A DNA stretch of 64,000 nt from an uncultured Candidatus Saccharibacteria bacterium (GTDB lineage: Bacteria > Patescibacteriota > Saccharimonadia > Saccharimonadales > Saccharimonadaceae). Position 1 is the stretch's first letter. Each line of letters begins with the position of its first letter. Both the position numbers and the translations under genes were made by a program. Where the stretch lies: positions 2,949-66,948 of the forward strand of contig CAMVCW010000004.1 of assembly GCA_947166125.1 (NCBI GenBank), given 5' to 3'. This document shows, in pieces, positions 26,375 through 35,921 of the stretch. The notes below the pieces were generated by a model. That model was not told the origin of the DNA. It ran no database searches and worked only from the letters and a program-made list of their open reading frames with translations.

Positions 26375-28090
26375 TCACCGGGCGAGACAGCGGATAGACA
26401 AACCAGCCATTTTTTGTAAACTTTTATTGGCTAAATTGACCCCACCCGTGTAAAGATGCAAAAAATAGGCTGAAGAATAATCAAGAGTATTGGACCAGTA
26501 GTAACCGCCCCTGTATAGTGTTCCAGCGTTTATGCCACCGGGTAGTACGAAATATAGAGGCTCAGAACGCAGGGCATTAAAACCATTTGATTGATAGTTT
26601 ACTGGATTAGTACCATTAGATGGTGACGTAACTATATCGTATCCATAATCACGGTAGAGTAATCTACCAAATTCATTATATTCATTGTCTGTAGTAGAAG
26701 CATTAGGTAGTCTCCAGCCTTTAGGACAAATAGAGCTGGCAGCTCTGGTGCTGTCTACTGAAATGCTAGCAGAATTATTAGACGCTATAGCTGCAGTCCA
26801 GTTATAGTAATTACCAGCATGATAATGTTTACATTCTCCCTCTGTATGACCTGCGGTAATACAGGCAGACAACGAGGTGTATTTTATATCATCTGACGTA
26901 GAGTTTGATGTATAGTAATATACATCACCTGGATCTGCAGAATATGGATAGTTATTTTGATTAGACCAACCAGGAACAGAAGTACCGTTTACTGGTAGGT
27001 TATATTTACCATTAGTGGTGTCTGGTGTCCAGGTGGCATTAGCATCAAAGTTATTTGTGTCCCAGCCTAGGTCTGTATCATTATGGGTATAGGTTCTGGT
27101 GGCGTCTATCTCTAAATCCAAGTTTTGTGTCATCCAACAATGGCCATCTGCTAACTTTGCTACCCAGTAAAGCCTACTATCTCGCAAATCTACTAGTTGT
27201 GTAGCGGTAACCTCCCCGCTGTTACCTACAAGACTACATATTTGAGAGTCCATATCCTGCATAGCATAATATGAATTGCCGCCCTCTTCATAGGCTTTTA
27301 TTTTACCCGCCATAGCGAAGGTAGTGTCTAAGTCTGGAATAGTGTTATTATTACTATTTGGATGCACTATAACATATTTTACTTTACCATTATAAGTACC
27401 TGCAGGTTGATATGAATTAGCATAAATCTGGTAAGTAGTGTTTAGGTATGAACCTGAAGCATCACTGTCTGTTATCATACTAGTACCTGATGTTCTTTTA
27501 GCTACTTGAGTATAGACATTTGGTATAGCACTATAGTTATCAAAGCCATTAATGATAGTAGGTGGAGTGGTAGGTACTGAGCCTCCTGTAGTTGGGTCTA
27601 TACCAGTACCAGTACCGGCAGTTAGTTTCATAGCCCAGGAAGAAGGATTGGTTTGAGCAGAGTCATCATATACTCCAGTATGGATATTATAGCTTTCATT
27701 TACTGTATTAATTAAGTCTGTGTTACCATCCGTGTCTCCACTACTACCTACGGCATAGATACTATAGCCATTATTGTCATTACAAAAGGCACTGAGTTTA
27801 GTATTGCCTACATTATCATCCTTTTGGCCACCATGGAGGCTGGTTTCATGTGCTTCTGTAACTACGGCATTTACTGTACAGGAAGTAGATAAGACTAATT
27901 GAATATTGTCTGTACCACTACTTATTTCTGCAGACGAATGAGGAATAGTGAAAACAAAGATAGAAAAGATAAGAAGAGGAACAGAAACCAACAATACATT
28001 GCGGAAAGCATAGTAGAAGAAATCTGTTCTACATGACACAGTTTTATGCACCTTTACTTTATGATTAGCTTTAGTGGTTCTATGGCCCAT
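26375..28090 (-). CDS. Surface protein, type-beta N-domain plus FISUMP-like C-domain
   Basis: GHCWMTQNL, GNYYNWTAA, SICPKGWRLP, SIRC; N-terminus shares RxDFFYYAFRNVLLVS with 20022-21653. Confidence 0.8.
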   Translation of the reverse strand: MGHRTTKANHKVKVHKTVSCRTDFFYYAFRNVLLVSVPLLIFSIFVFTIPHSSAEISSGTDNIQLVLSTSCTVNAVVTEAHETSLHGGQKDDNVGNTKLSAFCNDNNGYSIYAVGSSGDTDGNTDLINTVNESYNIHTGVYDDSAQTNPSSWAMKLTAGTGTGIDPTTGGSVPTTPPTIINGFDNYSAIPNVYTQVAKRTSGTSMITDSDASGSYLNTTYQIYANSYQPAGTYNGKVKYVIVHPNSNNNTIPDLDTTFAMAGKIKAYEEGGNSYYAMQDMDSQICSLVGNSGEVTATQLVDLRDSRLYWVAKLADGHCWMTQNLDLEIDATRTYTHNDTDLGWDTNNFDANATWTPDTTNGKYNLPVNGTSVPGWSNQNNYPYSADPGDVYYYTSNSTSDDIKYTSLSACITAGHTEGECKHYHAGNYYNWTAAIASNNSASISVDSTRAASSICPKGWRLPNASTTDNEYNEFGRLLYRDYGYDIVTSPSNGTNPVNYQSNGFNALRSEPLYFVLPGGINAGTLYRGGYYWSNTLDYSSAYFLHLYTGGVNLANKSLQKMAGLSIRCLAR

Positions 28091-28131
28091 CTTTTACCTC
28101 ACTTATATATATGATTACTACTATTCCCCCA

Positions 28132-28321
28132 TGTGGTGCCACTATATTAATGGGGATTAACAAAAATGGCACCGCAAGGGGTGCTATAACCTAATCAAAG
28201 TAATCGTGCGAACACATGTACTCGACGGTAACCCTGCGGTGCCGTTTGTAAGTACATATACTCGCCTATAAAATAGGCACGATTTTATTAATGATTAAGT
28301 TATAGCATCTTCATTATAGCA
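28132..28321 (-). ncRNA. Structured 5' leader, copy 3
   Basis: -10 TGCTATAAT 28313-28321; P1 28292-28307/28182-28197; box A 28232-28247; box B 28164-28179; box C 28132-28142. Confidence 0.8.
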
Positions 28322-28399
28322 CGAATAAAAAATATATTTCAAGGGCTTTTTTCTTCCCTGTTATTTTACGGATTATTCATTCTGTGATATAATAGGCTT

Positions 28400-28972
28400 A
28401 TGAAAATAATTACCACGCCAGATCCAAGGTTACGTGAAAAATCGGAAAAAGTGCACGAAATTAACGATGAAATTTTGGATATTATCGAGAATATGCGGAA
28501 ACTTTCCTTAGATTGGGAAAAAGAACACCCATATGAACTATCTGCAGCGATGGCTGCACCACAGATGGGCGTAAATAAACGCATTATCATAGTGCGTGAC
28601 GATATGGCAGATAAAAAGAACGCCACTTTTACGGCATTGATTAATCCAGAAGTGATTAAGGCGGATGGTAAGGTAAAGACTGATTTTGAAGGGTGCTTAT
28701 CTGTACCGTTTATCTATGGTAAAGTACCACGGGCGAGCAAGGTGCGCGTAAAGGCCAAATTAGAGGATGGAACAGAGGTGCGGATTAAAGCTACAGACGA
28801 GCTAGCGCGCACACTACTACACGAGATAGACCATCTAGATGGAGTGCTGTTTATAGACCATATCAAGGGGGTGAAAGATGCGTTTTACGAGATGGATGAT
28901 AAAGGTGATTTACAGCCGATAGATTATGACGAAAAAATCGCCAACAATAAAGAGCTATTCCCTGATGAATAA
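28400..28972 (+). CDS. def: Peptide deformylase
   Basis: AAPQMG, EGCLS, HEIDHLDG. Confidence 0.95.
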   Translation: MKIITTPDPRLREKSEKVHEINDEILDIIENMRKLSLDWEKEHPYELSAAMAAPQMGVNKRIIIVRDDMADKKNATFTALINPEVIKADGKVKTDFEGCLSVPFIYGKVPRASKVRVKAKLEDGTEVRIKATDELARTLLHEIDHLDGVLFIDHIKGVKDAFYEMDDKGDLQPIDYDEKIANNKELFPDE

Positions 28973-29741
28973 GATTATCTTTTTTGGGAATGGACCGCTA
29001 GCTGAGGCGGCGCTAGAGGTACTAAAAAAGCACTTTGAGGTGATATTTCGTGCGCGTACGAAGGAAGATTTGGCGCAGGTGATAGAGCTAAAACGTGAGT
29101 TTCCAGAGGCGCACGGGGTGTTGGCGAGCTTTGGAGTAATGATAAAATCCAATGTGCTAGAAGTGTTTGAGCCAGAGGGGATTTTAAATATTCATCCTTC
29201 CCTACTTCCTAAATACAGGGGTGCTTCACCAATAGAAAGCGCGATTTTGGCTGGAGATACGGAGTTTTCGGTATCTATAATGAAACTCGCAAAAGCGATG
29301 GATGCGGGGCCGGTATTCTATCAGACTACTTTGAAAGACTTGCCACTAGATAAAGTGGTAATTTATAGAGAATTAGCTGAAGCTGGCGCAAAGTGGATAT
29401 GTGGTAATATAGACCATTTACCCACCCCTGTACCACAAGATGAAAAAAAGGCGACTTTTTGTGGGAAATTCGATAAATCTATGAGCGTTTTACATCCCGA
29501 AACAGAGAGCGCAGCAGAAATTTACCGGAAAATTGTGGCATTTCAGGGATTCCCGAAGGCGAAATATACGTTCTACGACAAAAATTGCGCTATTTTAGAG
29601 GCACACATACTAAAGCCGGGTGAGACGGCGGTTTTACCACTGAAATGTGCTGACGGCCAAATTTTAAGCATAGACAGATTGCAGCCAGATGGTAAAAAAC
29701 CGATGGATGCAAAAAGTTTTATTAATGGGTATAAGAAATAA
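28965..29741 (+). CDS. fmt: Methionyl-tRNA formyltransferase
   Basis: NIHPSLLPKYRGASPI, MDAG; follows def. Confidence 0.9.
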   Translation: MNKIIFFGNGPLAEAALEVLKKHFEVIFRARTKEDLAQVIELKREFPEAHGVLASFGVMIKSNVLEVFEPEGILNIHPSLLPKYRGASPIESAILAGDTEFSVSIMKLAKAMDAGPVFYQTTLKDLPLDKVVIYRELAEAGAKWICGNIDHLPTPVPQDEKKATFCGKFDKSMSVLHPETESAAEIYRKIVAFQGFPKAKYTFYDKNCAILEAHILKPGETAVLPLKCADGQILSIDRLQPDGKKPMDAKSFINGYKK

Positions 29742-29756
29742 AAAAGCTATTATATT

Positions 29757-30185
29757 TTATATGGATGTTGTTGGCGTATGCTGCATAATAATCGATAAGA
29801 GCAATAATAAAAGTATCGGCAGCAGTATAATTAATAATACAATAAGAATAGTAATGATATTTGGATGTTTAACTTTCTTCCATTCAAGAATGTTATAAAT
29901 CGTAAATACGAGACCGGTAAGAGCTAATGGAATAAAAGTAAGAGCCAGTATCATATATCCCTCAAATATCATCTGTTCAAGAGCTGGGCTATCACCCCAG
30001 TTTCCTAGACTTCCTACCCTAAAATGATTGATTTCTATTATTTTCTTTGGTATGAAAACAAAAATTATAAAAATAGTAGCATAAACAATAAGTAGTGATA
30101 TCCCTACCCACATACGAATCTTATTCTTTTTGGGCATTTTCTCTTTGATAAGACTGGGTTGCTCTGTTATGGTTTGCTGATTCAT
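29757..30185 (-). CDS. Hypothetical membrane protein (about 3 TM)
   Basis: Three hydrophobic segments; SD GAGG-like. Confidence 0.6.
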   Translation of the reverse strand: MNQQTITEQPSLIKEKMPKKNKIRMWVGISLLIVYATIFIIFVFIPKKIIEINHFRVGSLGNWGDSPALEQMIFEGYMILALTFIPLALTGLVFTIYNILEWKKVKHPNIITILIVLLIILLPILLLLLLSIIMQHTPTTSI

Positions 30186-30199
30186 ATTAATTAGCCTAT

Positions 30200-30493
30200 C
30201 TAGGCGCCGACGAGGCGGGCGCGATTAGCGCGGATTTCTTCTTTCATCTCATTGATGGTGCGAGCGACAATCTCGCGATAATCTGGGCGATTGATTTCTA
30301 ACCACTTAGTAGCTTCGGCTTGGTCGGTGATCATATCAAATTGATTGAGTTGGACTTCGGTAAGGCCACGCGAAATACGTTCACCGATACGAACTTCCAA
30401 TTCTTCTTGGATATAATCTAGAAATTTCTGTTTTTCGTCCTCTGGCATAGCTGAAAGACCCATTTCTTGTAGAAATTGTTCATTAAATTCCAT
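30200..30493 (-). CDS. DUF5663-like small acidic protein
   Basis: FLQEMGLSAMPEDEK..LEVRIGERIS pattern common in Patescibacteria. Confidence 0.6.
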   Translation of the reverse strand: MEFNEQFLQEMGLSAMPEDEKQKFLDYIQEELEVRIGERISRGLTEVQLNQFDMITDQAEATKWLEINRPDYREIVARTINEMKEEIRANRARLVGA

Positions 30494-30548
30494 GCTATTT
30501 GTATTGTACTACATTTATGCTTATTTTTCGAGACCGTTTATTACAGGA

Positions 30549-31331
30549 TTAACGGGGTTGTTTGTACTTGAGATCTTGATAAGGGTGGCTAGTACTATCG
30601 ACCATTCTTCTGCTGTAGAAGCGGGCAAGGGTCCTAGTTATATAATGAATGATGAGTATATTCGCGAAAACGGATATGGTGGAAAGAAAAGGATCGCCGT
30701 CAAAAGTAAAATTATAAAAATCTTCCCAATCACCGATAAAGAGAACGTGTACACCATAGACCGTGGAATAGATAGCCATTGGTAGATAGCAGAGGAGCTC
30801 ACTTAATCTATTTACCGCGGCGCCGTTAAATAGGAATAGCGCACAGGTGGCGGCAATTGGATTTATCAGGTGGAAGAAGAGCATATCCCCCATAAACATA
30901 CTGGCGCCGTTTTGACCGTGCATTAAACGAAGTGGTGCAAGAAAAAGCGTAACAACAACGAAGGTCAAATCGATAGAAACAACGGATAGGAAATAGAAAT
31001 TAGTAAATTTAGTTCCAAACGGCCTCATAAATGAAGCGTTGTTCTTACGAGCGGTAACTATGCTGTGTCGCAAAGTCTTAATAAGGGCAATAGCCGCAGC
31101 GATAGCCATAAGAATATTACTATCTATGGTAAACGGTCTAAGAAAATCCCAACCGCTAACGCTGGCCCCGTCTTGGCCGTCGCTGGTGCCATATTTGATA
31201 TCTATGGCTGCAACCACGATCGTGGACACTAAAATAATTAAATTAAAGAGTATAAATAAGGACTCCTTTTTTTGGGGGGTTTTGAAATACGGGCGTTTTA
31301 AGCGCCCAGATGTATAAAATTTTTTGGACAT
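30549..31331 (-). CDS. Multi-pass membrane protein
   Basis: About 6 TM segments; FTIDSN and FFHLINP motifs. Confidence 0.6.
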   Translation of the reverse strand: MSKKFYTSGRLKRPYFKTPQKKESLFILFNLIILVSTIVVAAIDIKYGTSDGQDGASVSGWDFLRPFTIDSNILMAIAAAIALIKTLRHSIVTARKNNASFMRPFGTKFTNFYFLSVVSIDLTFVVVTLFLAPLRLMHGQNGASMFMGDMLFFHLINPIAATCALFLFNGAAVNRLSELLCYLPMAIYSTVYGVHVLFIGDWEDFYNFTFDGDPFLSTISVFANILIIHYITRTLARFYSRRMVDSTSHPYQDLKYKQPR

Positions 31332-31497
31332 TTATCTAAAATATCACGTAAAAAGCATTAGCGCAATAGTTTTTTTGACAATTTTTCGGTTTTAACTGTT
31401 TTTCATCTGTTTTTTTGACATTTTAGGCTAAACCCCCTAATTATTTGAGGAGGGGTCATAATAAGACTTTTTCAAAATGAGGTGTTTTATAAGTATA

Positions 31498-33264
31498 TTA
31501 AAGAGTGCGTTTTTTGGATTCGCGGGTGAAGAATTTGAGACGATCACCGATCTGGAGATCAATCTTGGAGGCAGTCTTAAGGGCAAGGCCACCGGTTTCG
31601 CCAGCGGTGAGTTCTTTGACGTCGATTTTTTCTTTTTGCACGGAAGTAACTTCGGCTTCGCCGAGATATTCTTTGCCGCGAACTACACGGGCAAGGAACT
31701 CTGGCTTGGCGTCGCCTTTTAGCACTTCCCCACCGGCAATGATGCTAGTTTTTTCTGTACGGAATACGCCAAGAACTTTCATTTCGCCCTTGTCTTCCTC
31801 AATAATTTCGGCATCTAGGAGATTTTCCATCTCATGTTTGGCGTCATCCAGGAGCTCGTAAATAACGCGGTAAGTCCGGATAGATACACCATCGCGTGCG
31901 GCCATTTTAGAGATATTGATAGGGACAGAGACGTTAAAACCATAAATTACCGTATTACCGCCGGCGGCCATGTAAACATCGTTTTCGTTGATATCACCTA
32001 CGCCGGTAGAGACAATATTAAGAGTAACCCCACCTTTAGTATCTATCATCTTGAGGCTATCCACTACAGAGGTAACAGAGCCCAAAACGTCGCCTTTAAC
32101 GATAACGTTGAAAGTCTTGGAATTATCGGCTACGTTCATCATGCGCAGGAGATCTGAACTGGTAACATTGGCGCTAGCAGTTTCGTTAGCTGCAGCCTGC
32201 GCATTAAGAAGAGCCATTTTGCGGGCGGTTTTTTCGTCTTTGACCTCTATAAAGCGATCGCCGAAGTTCGGAAGTTCCTTGAAGCCAGTAATAGTAACTG
32301 GGGTAGAAGGAGTGGCTTTGCCCTTGGGTTTGCCTTTCCAGTCTAGCATAGTGCGAATTTTGGCATAGGTAGAGCCTGCCACGATAAACTCGCCAGTTTT
32401 TAGTTCCCCACCAGTAACTAAAAGGTTTACTACCGAGCCTTTGCCAGTCTCCATGTGGGATTCAATGACGAGACCTTCGGCAGGGATATCCACATCGGCT
32501 TTAAGCTCTTCAATATCGGCGGTAAGGAGAATCATATCTAAGAGTTTGTCGAGATTTTGATTCATTTTGGCGGAAATTGGCACCATGGTGATATCACCAC
32601 CCCATTCTTCTGGCTGGAGACCGTGCTGGCTAAGATCTGCCTTGGTGCGGTCGATATCAGCACCTTCACGATCTATTTTATTGATAGCAACGATAATCTT
32701 AGCATTAGCAGATTTGGCGAAGTTGATAGCTTCTACCGTCTGCGGTTTAACGCCATCATCTGCGGCCACCACTATAACTACGATATCGGTAAGCATAGCG
32801 CCGTGCTGACGGATAGCGGCGAAAGCCTCATGGCCAGGAGTATCTAGAAAAGTGATGATACGATCATCGTGCTTAAGCTGATAAGCAGAAATATGCTGGG
32901 TGATACCGCCAGCCTCAGCTTCTACGGTTTTTTTGTGAAGAAGAGTGTCTAGAAGGGTAGTTTTACCATGATCTACGTGGCCCATAACAGCCACCACCGG
33001 AGGGCGCGTAATGGCCTTATCTGATAGTTCCCGATGAAAATCTGAGGTTTGAGTAGAAGTGTTTTTGCGTTCTAGCTTGACATTTTCGAGGCCTAGCTCA
33101 TCTATAATGATGCTAGCGGTTTCGTAATCTAGGCGTTGATTGATGGTGGCGACGATACCGTTTTTAAAAAGTGTACCGATTAACTCGGTCACAGAAAGGC
33201 CAAGTGCGGTAGCCAACTCATCCACAGTAATAGAACCGGCAATTTGAATTGTTTTTTCTTCCAT
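31498..33264 (-). CDS. infB: Translation initiation factor IF-2 (short N-terminus)
   Basis: GHVDHGKT, DTPGH, NKID GTPase motifs; GGITQHISAY. Confidence 0.95.
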   Translation of the reverse strand: MEEKTIQIAGSITVDELATALGLSVTELIGTLFKNGIVATINQRLDYETASIIIDELGLENVKLERKNTSTQTSDFHRELSDKAITRPPVVAVMGHVDHGKTTLLDTLLHKKTVEAEAGGITQHISAYQLKHDDRIITFLDTPGHEAFAAIRQHGAMLTDIVVIVVAADDGVKPQTVEAINFAKSANAKIIVAINKIDREGADIDRTKADLSQHGLQPEEWGGDITMVPISAKMNQNLDKLLDMILLTADIEELKADVDIPAEGLVIESHMETGKGSVVNLLVTGGELKTGEFIVAGSTYAKIRTMLDWKGKPKGKATPSTPVTITGFKELPNFGDRFIEVKDEKTARKMALLNAQAAANETASANVTSSDLLRMMNVADNSKTFNVIVKGDVLGSVTSVVDSLKMIDTKGGVTLNIVSTGVGDINENDVYMAAGGNTVIYGFNVSVPINISKMAARDGVSIRTYRVIYELLDDAKHEMENLLDAEIIEEDKGEMKVLGVFRTEKTSIIAGGEVLKGDAKPEFLARVVRGKEYLGEAEVTSVQKEKIDVKELTAGETGGLALKTASKIDLQIGDRLKFFTRESKKRTL

Positions 33265-33356
33265 AACTCTCCTTTCTGTTTTAGTAATACACAAAAAATA
33301 TAAATAGCTTCTTTAATTTTACCACATTTTGAGAAAATATGCTATAATAGAGGTAT

Positions 33357-33431
33357 TCCCCTGTAGCTCAATGGTGGAGCAAGAAGCTGTTAACTTCGAG
33401 GTTGCCAGTTCGAGTCTGGCCGGGGGAGCCA
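33357..33431 (+). tRNA. tRNA-Asn(GTT)
   Basis: Cloverleaf, anticodon loop CTGTTAA, encoded CCA; TGCTATAAT promoter upstream. Confidence 0.95.
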
Positions 33432-33470
33432 AAATGAGCAGATAAACCCCCCTTTATCTGCTCATTTTTG
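33431..33470 (+). terminator. Terminator after tRNA-Asn
   Basis: Perfect stem aaaatgagcagataaa/tttatctgctcatttt. Confidence 0.8.
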
Positions 33471-33645
33471 TTTGGTTAAGTGGCTCGGGCTCATAGTGTG
33501 AGTCTAGACGACGAGTGACGATAAGACTTTTGGTTTAAATGGAATAGTTGAAATAACGCTGCTCTTTCTTCTGTTTGTTATAGTTCATATGCTTCTCCTA
33601 TTTATAGTTTCATAATAGCAGGCGAAGCTTAAGCTAAACTAAAAA

Positions 33646-34134
33646 TTATCCGCCAAAAATAATTTTGAATAAGCCAAGCGAAACAGCGAGCATAATTAGA
33701 CCAGCCACCAATACACCAGACATAATAGCAATCATAGTCTTCTTAAAGTCTAGATTCAAAATACTGGCCGCAAGAGTGCCCGTCCAGGCACCGGTACCAG
33801 GGATTGGCACAGCCACAAAGAGAAAGAGAGCAAAATACGTACCATAGTTTCCAGCTTTCTTAAGCAGTTTGTTGCCCGCCTTTTCGCCTTTTTTGATACA
33901 GAAACTACAAAATTGCTTGAGAGGCTTCCACTTGCGTTTGGCGCCCCATTCTAGAAACTTTCGTGCAAAGAAATAAATAATTGGTACCGGGATAATATTA
34001 CCGATGATGGCCACGATTAATACTAGCCATTCTGGCAGGCCTAGATCCATGCCTACAGCTACTGGGATGGCACCACGAAGTTCTACTAGTGGCACCATAG
34101 AAATAAGTAATACTACGAGAATTTTCCAAAGCAT
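33646..34134 (-). CDS. COG2426 small multidrug-export-like membrane protein
   Basis: SMVPLVELRGAIP and FVAVPIPGTGAWTG motifs. Confidence 0.8.
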   Translation of the reverse strand: MLWKILVVLLISMVPLVELRGAIPVAVGMDLGLPEWLVLIVAIIGNIIPVPIIYFFARKFLEWGAKRKWKPLKQFCSFCIKKGEKAGNKLLKKAGNYGTYFALFLFVAVPIPGTGAWTGTLAASILNLDFKKTMIAIMSGVLVAGLIMLAVSLGLFKIIFGG

Positions 34135-34136
34135 AC

Positions 34137-35858
34137 TTATTTTTTAGCCTTTTCCTCTTCTTCTAGTTTTTTGAACGCAACTTTACCGACTTTGGTTTGA
34201 GGTAGTTTATCGCGAAATTCGTAAGCTACTGGGAGGGCATAAATTGGGACATTGCGTTCTAGCAGAGCACGAATTTCTCGCTCTATTTTCTTCCCCGCCT
34301 TATAGCCTGGTTTCAAAACAATAAACGCTTTCGGAACCTGACCTTTGTAATGGTGATCTATGCCAATAACGGTAGAGGTCAGTACACCCTCATGAGAATT
34401 AATGATAGATTCTAGATGGGTCGGGTAAATATTATAACCAGAAGAAACGATAATACGCTTGAGGCGTTGAGCAAAATAGATGAAGCCGTCTTTGCCGAGA
34501 TAACCGATATCTCCGGTGTGCAGCCACAATTTGCCGTCTGGGTGGATACGAAGCGCCTGCGCGGTTTCAGCATCGTCGCCAAGATAGCCCATCATTATTA
34601 ATGGTCCAGAGATGCAGACTTCGCCTTCCCCGCCAACCGGAAGTTCATCAAAAGTGTCGTTTTTGACGATTTTAAGATATGTATCCGGAAATGGGGCGCC
34701 GATGATACCGTCGGCGAAAGCGTCTTCTGGAGACAAACAGACTGCGCCGGAACCCTCTGTTAAGCCATAGCCGACGCGGATTTTGGCACTGGAACCGTGA
34801 GCCTTGAGATAGTCATTGACTTTGTCGCGTAAAGTTTGATTGAGTGCATCGCCACCACAAATTACGGCAGTAACGGATTTAAGATCGTCGCGCTTGAGTT
34901 TAGTATTAACCAGTGCTTCAAATAGGGTTGGTACACCCACGATAAAATTGGGGCTGTTTTTCTTGATGATATCCGCAAATTGTTTGTGCGAAAAGGCTGG
35001 TATCAGTATACAACCCATGCCTCTACAAAGCGGAGTATGAATACAAACCCCCAAACCAAAACAGTGGAAGAGCGGCAAGATGGAAAGCACTGTAGCCCCC
35101 GGGACAACTTGACGTATCATGGTGGCGTCACAGATGGATTCGGCATTGATATTAAGATTAGAAAGCATTACAGCTTTGGGGGCGCCAGTGGTACCGCCAG
35201 AATACATAATCACAGCGAGATCTTCCCCGCCACGTTCTTCGTGATAATTGCCCTGATAGAAATACGAATTAGCGATAAAGTCTTCCCAAAGTACTACACG
35301 GTTATCGTTGGCTGGAAGCCGGACCTTTTTAATGTGTAAAGTATTGTAGAGCTTTTTCTTCAAAAAGCCTAAGCCATCTGAGGGGCGCACCACAATAATG
35401 CGCTCTAGTTGCGCAGTATCGCGCAGACGGTAGATTTTGTCAAACACCGCGTCAATAACTAAAACGTATTTGGAATCAGCTACCTTAATGTAATACTCTA
35501 GTTCCTTCTCTGATGATAGAGGATGGACCATATTACATACTGCGCCAACCATATTTACGGCATACACCATCGTGATGCCCTCTGGTGTATTGGGCATGCA
35601 TATGGTAACGCGATCGCCTTCTTTAACGCCGTAATTTTTAAGTGCACGGGCGGCTTTTTCTATCTTGCGGATAAAGTTTTTGTAAGTAACTTTGTGGCCA
35701 TAGTAAGAATAGGCTACATTATCTGGCCATTTTTCGGCAGATTGCATAATCATGTCCACCATAGAACAATCTGGATATTCTATACTACTGGGAATGTTTT
35801 CTTCGTCATAATATTCGAGCCAAGGACGTGCTTGGTAAGCTTTATTAGTTTTTTTCAC
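34137..35858 (-). CDS. AMP-forming acyl-CoA/acyl-ACP ligase (long-chain fatty acid ligase-like)
   Basis: YSGGTTGAPK P-loop, GYGLTE, HTGDIG, SSGYNIYP, LPQTKVGK. Confidence 0.85.
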   Translation of the reverse strand: MKKTNKAYQARPWLEYYDEENIPSSIEYPDCSMVDMIMQSAEKWPDNVAYSYYGHKVTYKNFIRKIEKAARALKNYGVKEGDRVTICMPNTPEGITMVYAVNMVGAVCNMVHPLSSEKELEYYIKVADSKYVLVIDAVFDKIYRLRDTAQLERIIVVRPSDGLGFLKKKLYNTLHIKKVRLPANDNRVVLWEDFIANSYFYQGNYHEERGGEDLAVIMYSGGTTGAPKAVMLSNLNINAESICDATMIRQVVPGATVLSILPLFHCFGLGVCIHTPLCRGMGCILIPAFSHKQFADIIKKNSPNFIVGVPTLFEALVNTKLKRDDLKSVTAVICGGDALNQTLRDKVNDYLKAHGSSAKIRVGYGLTEGSGAVCLSPEDAFADGIIGAPFPDTYLKIVKNDTFDELPVGGEGEVCISGPLIMMGYLGDDAETAQALRIHPDGKLWLHTGDIGYLGKDGFIYFAQRLKRIIVSSGYNIYPTHLESIINSHEGVLTSTVIGIDHHYKGQVPKAFIVLKPGYKAGKKIEREIRALLERNVPIYALPVAYEFRDKLPQTKVGKVAFKKLEEEEKAKK

Positions 35859-35921
35859 AAAAATCTCCTTACGCTAATTATACCACGAGCGTGACTAAAA
35901 ACCAATTTTAACTCTAAATGC

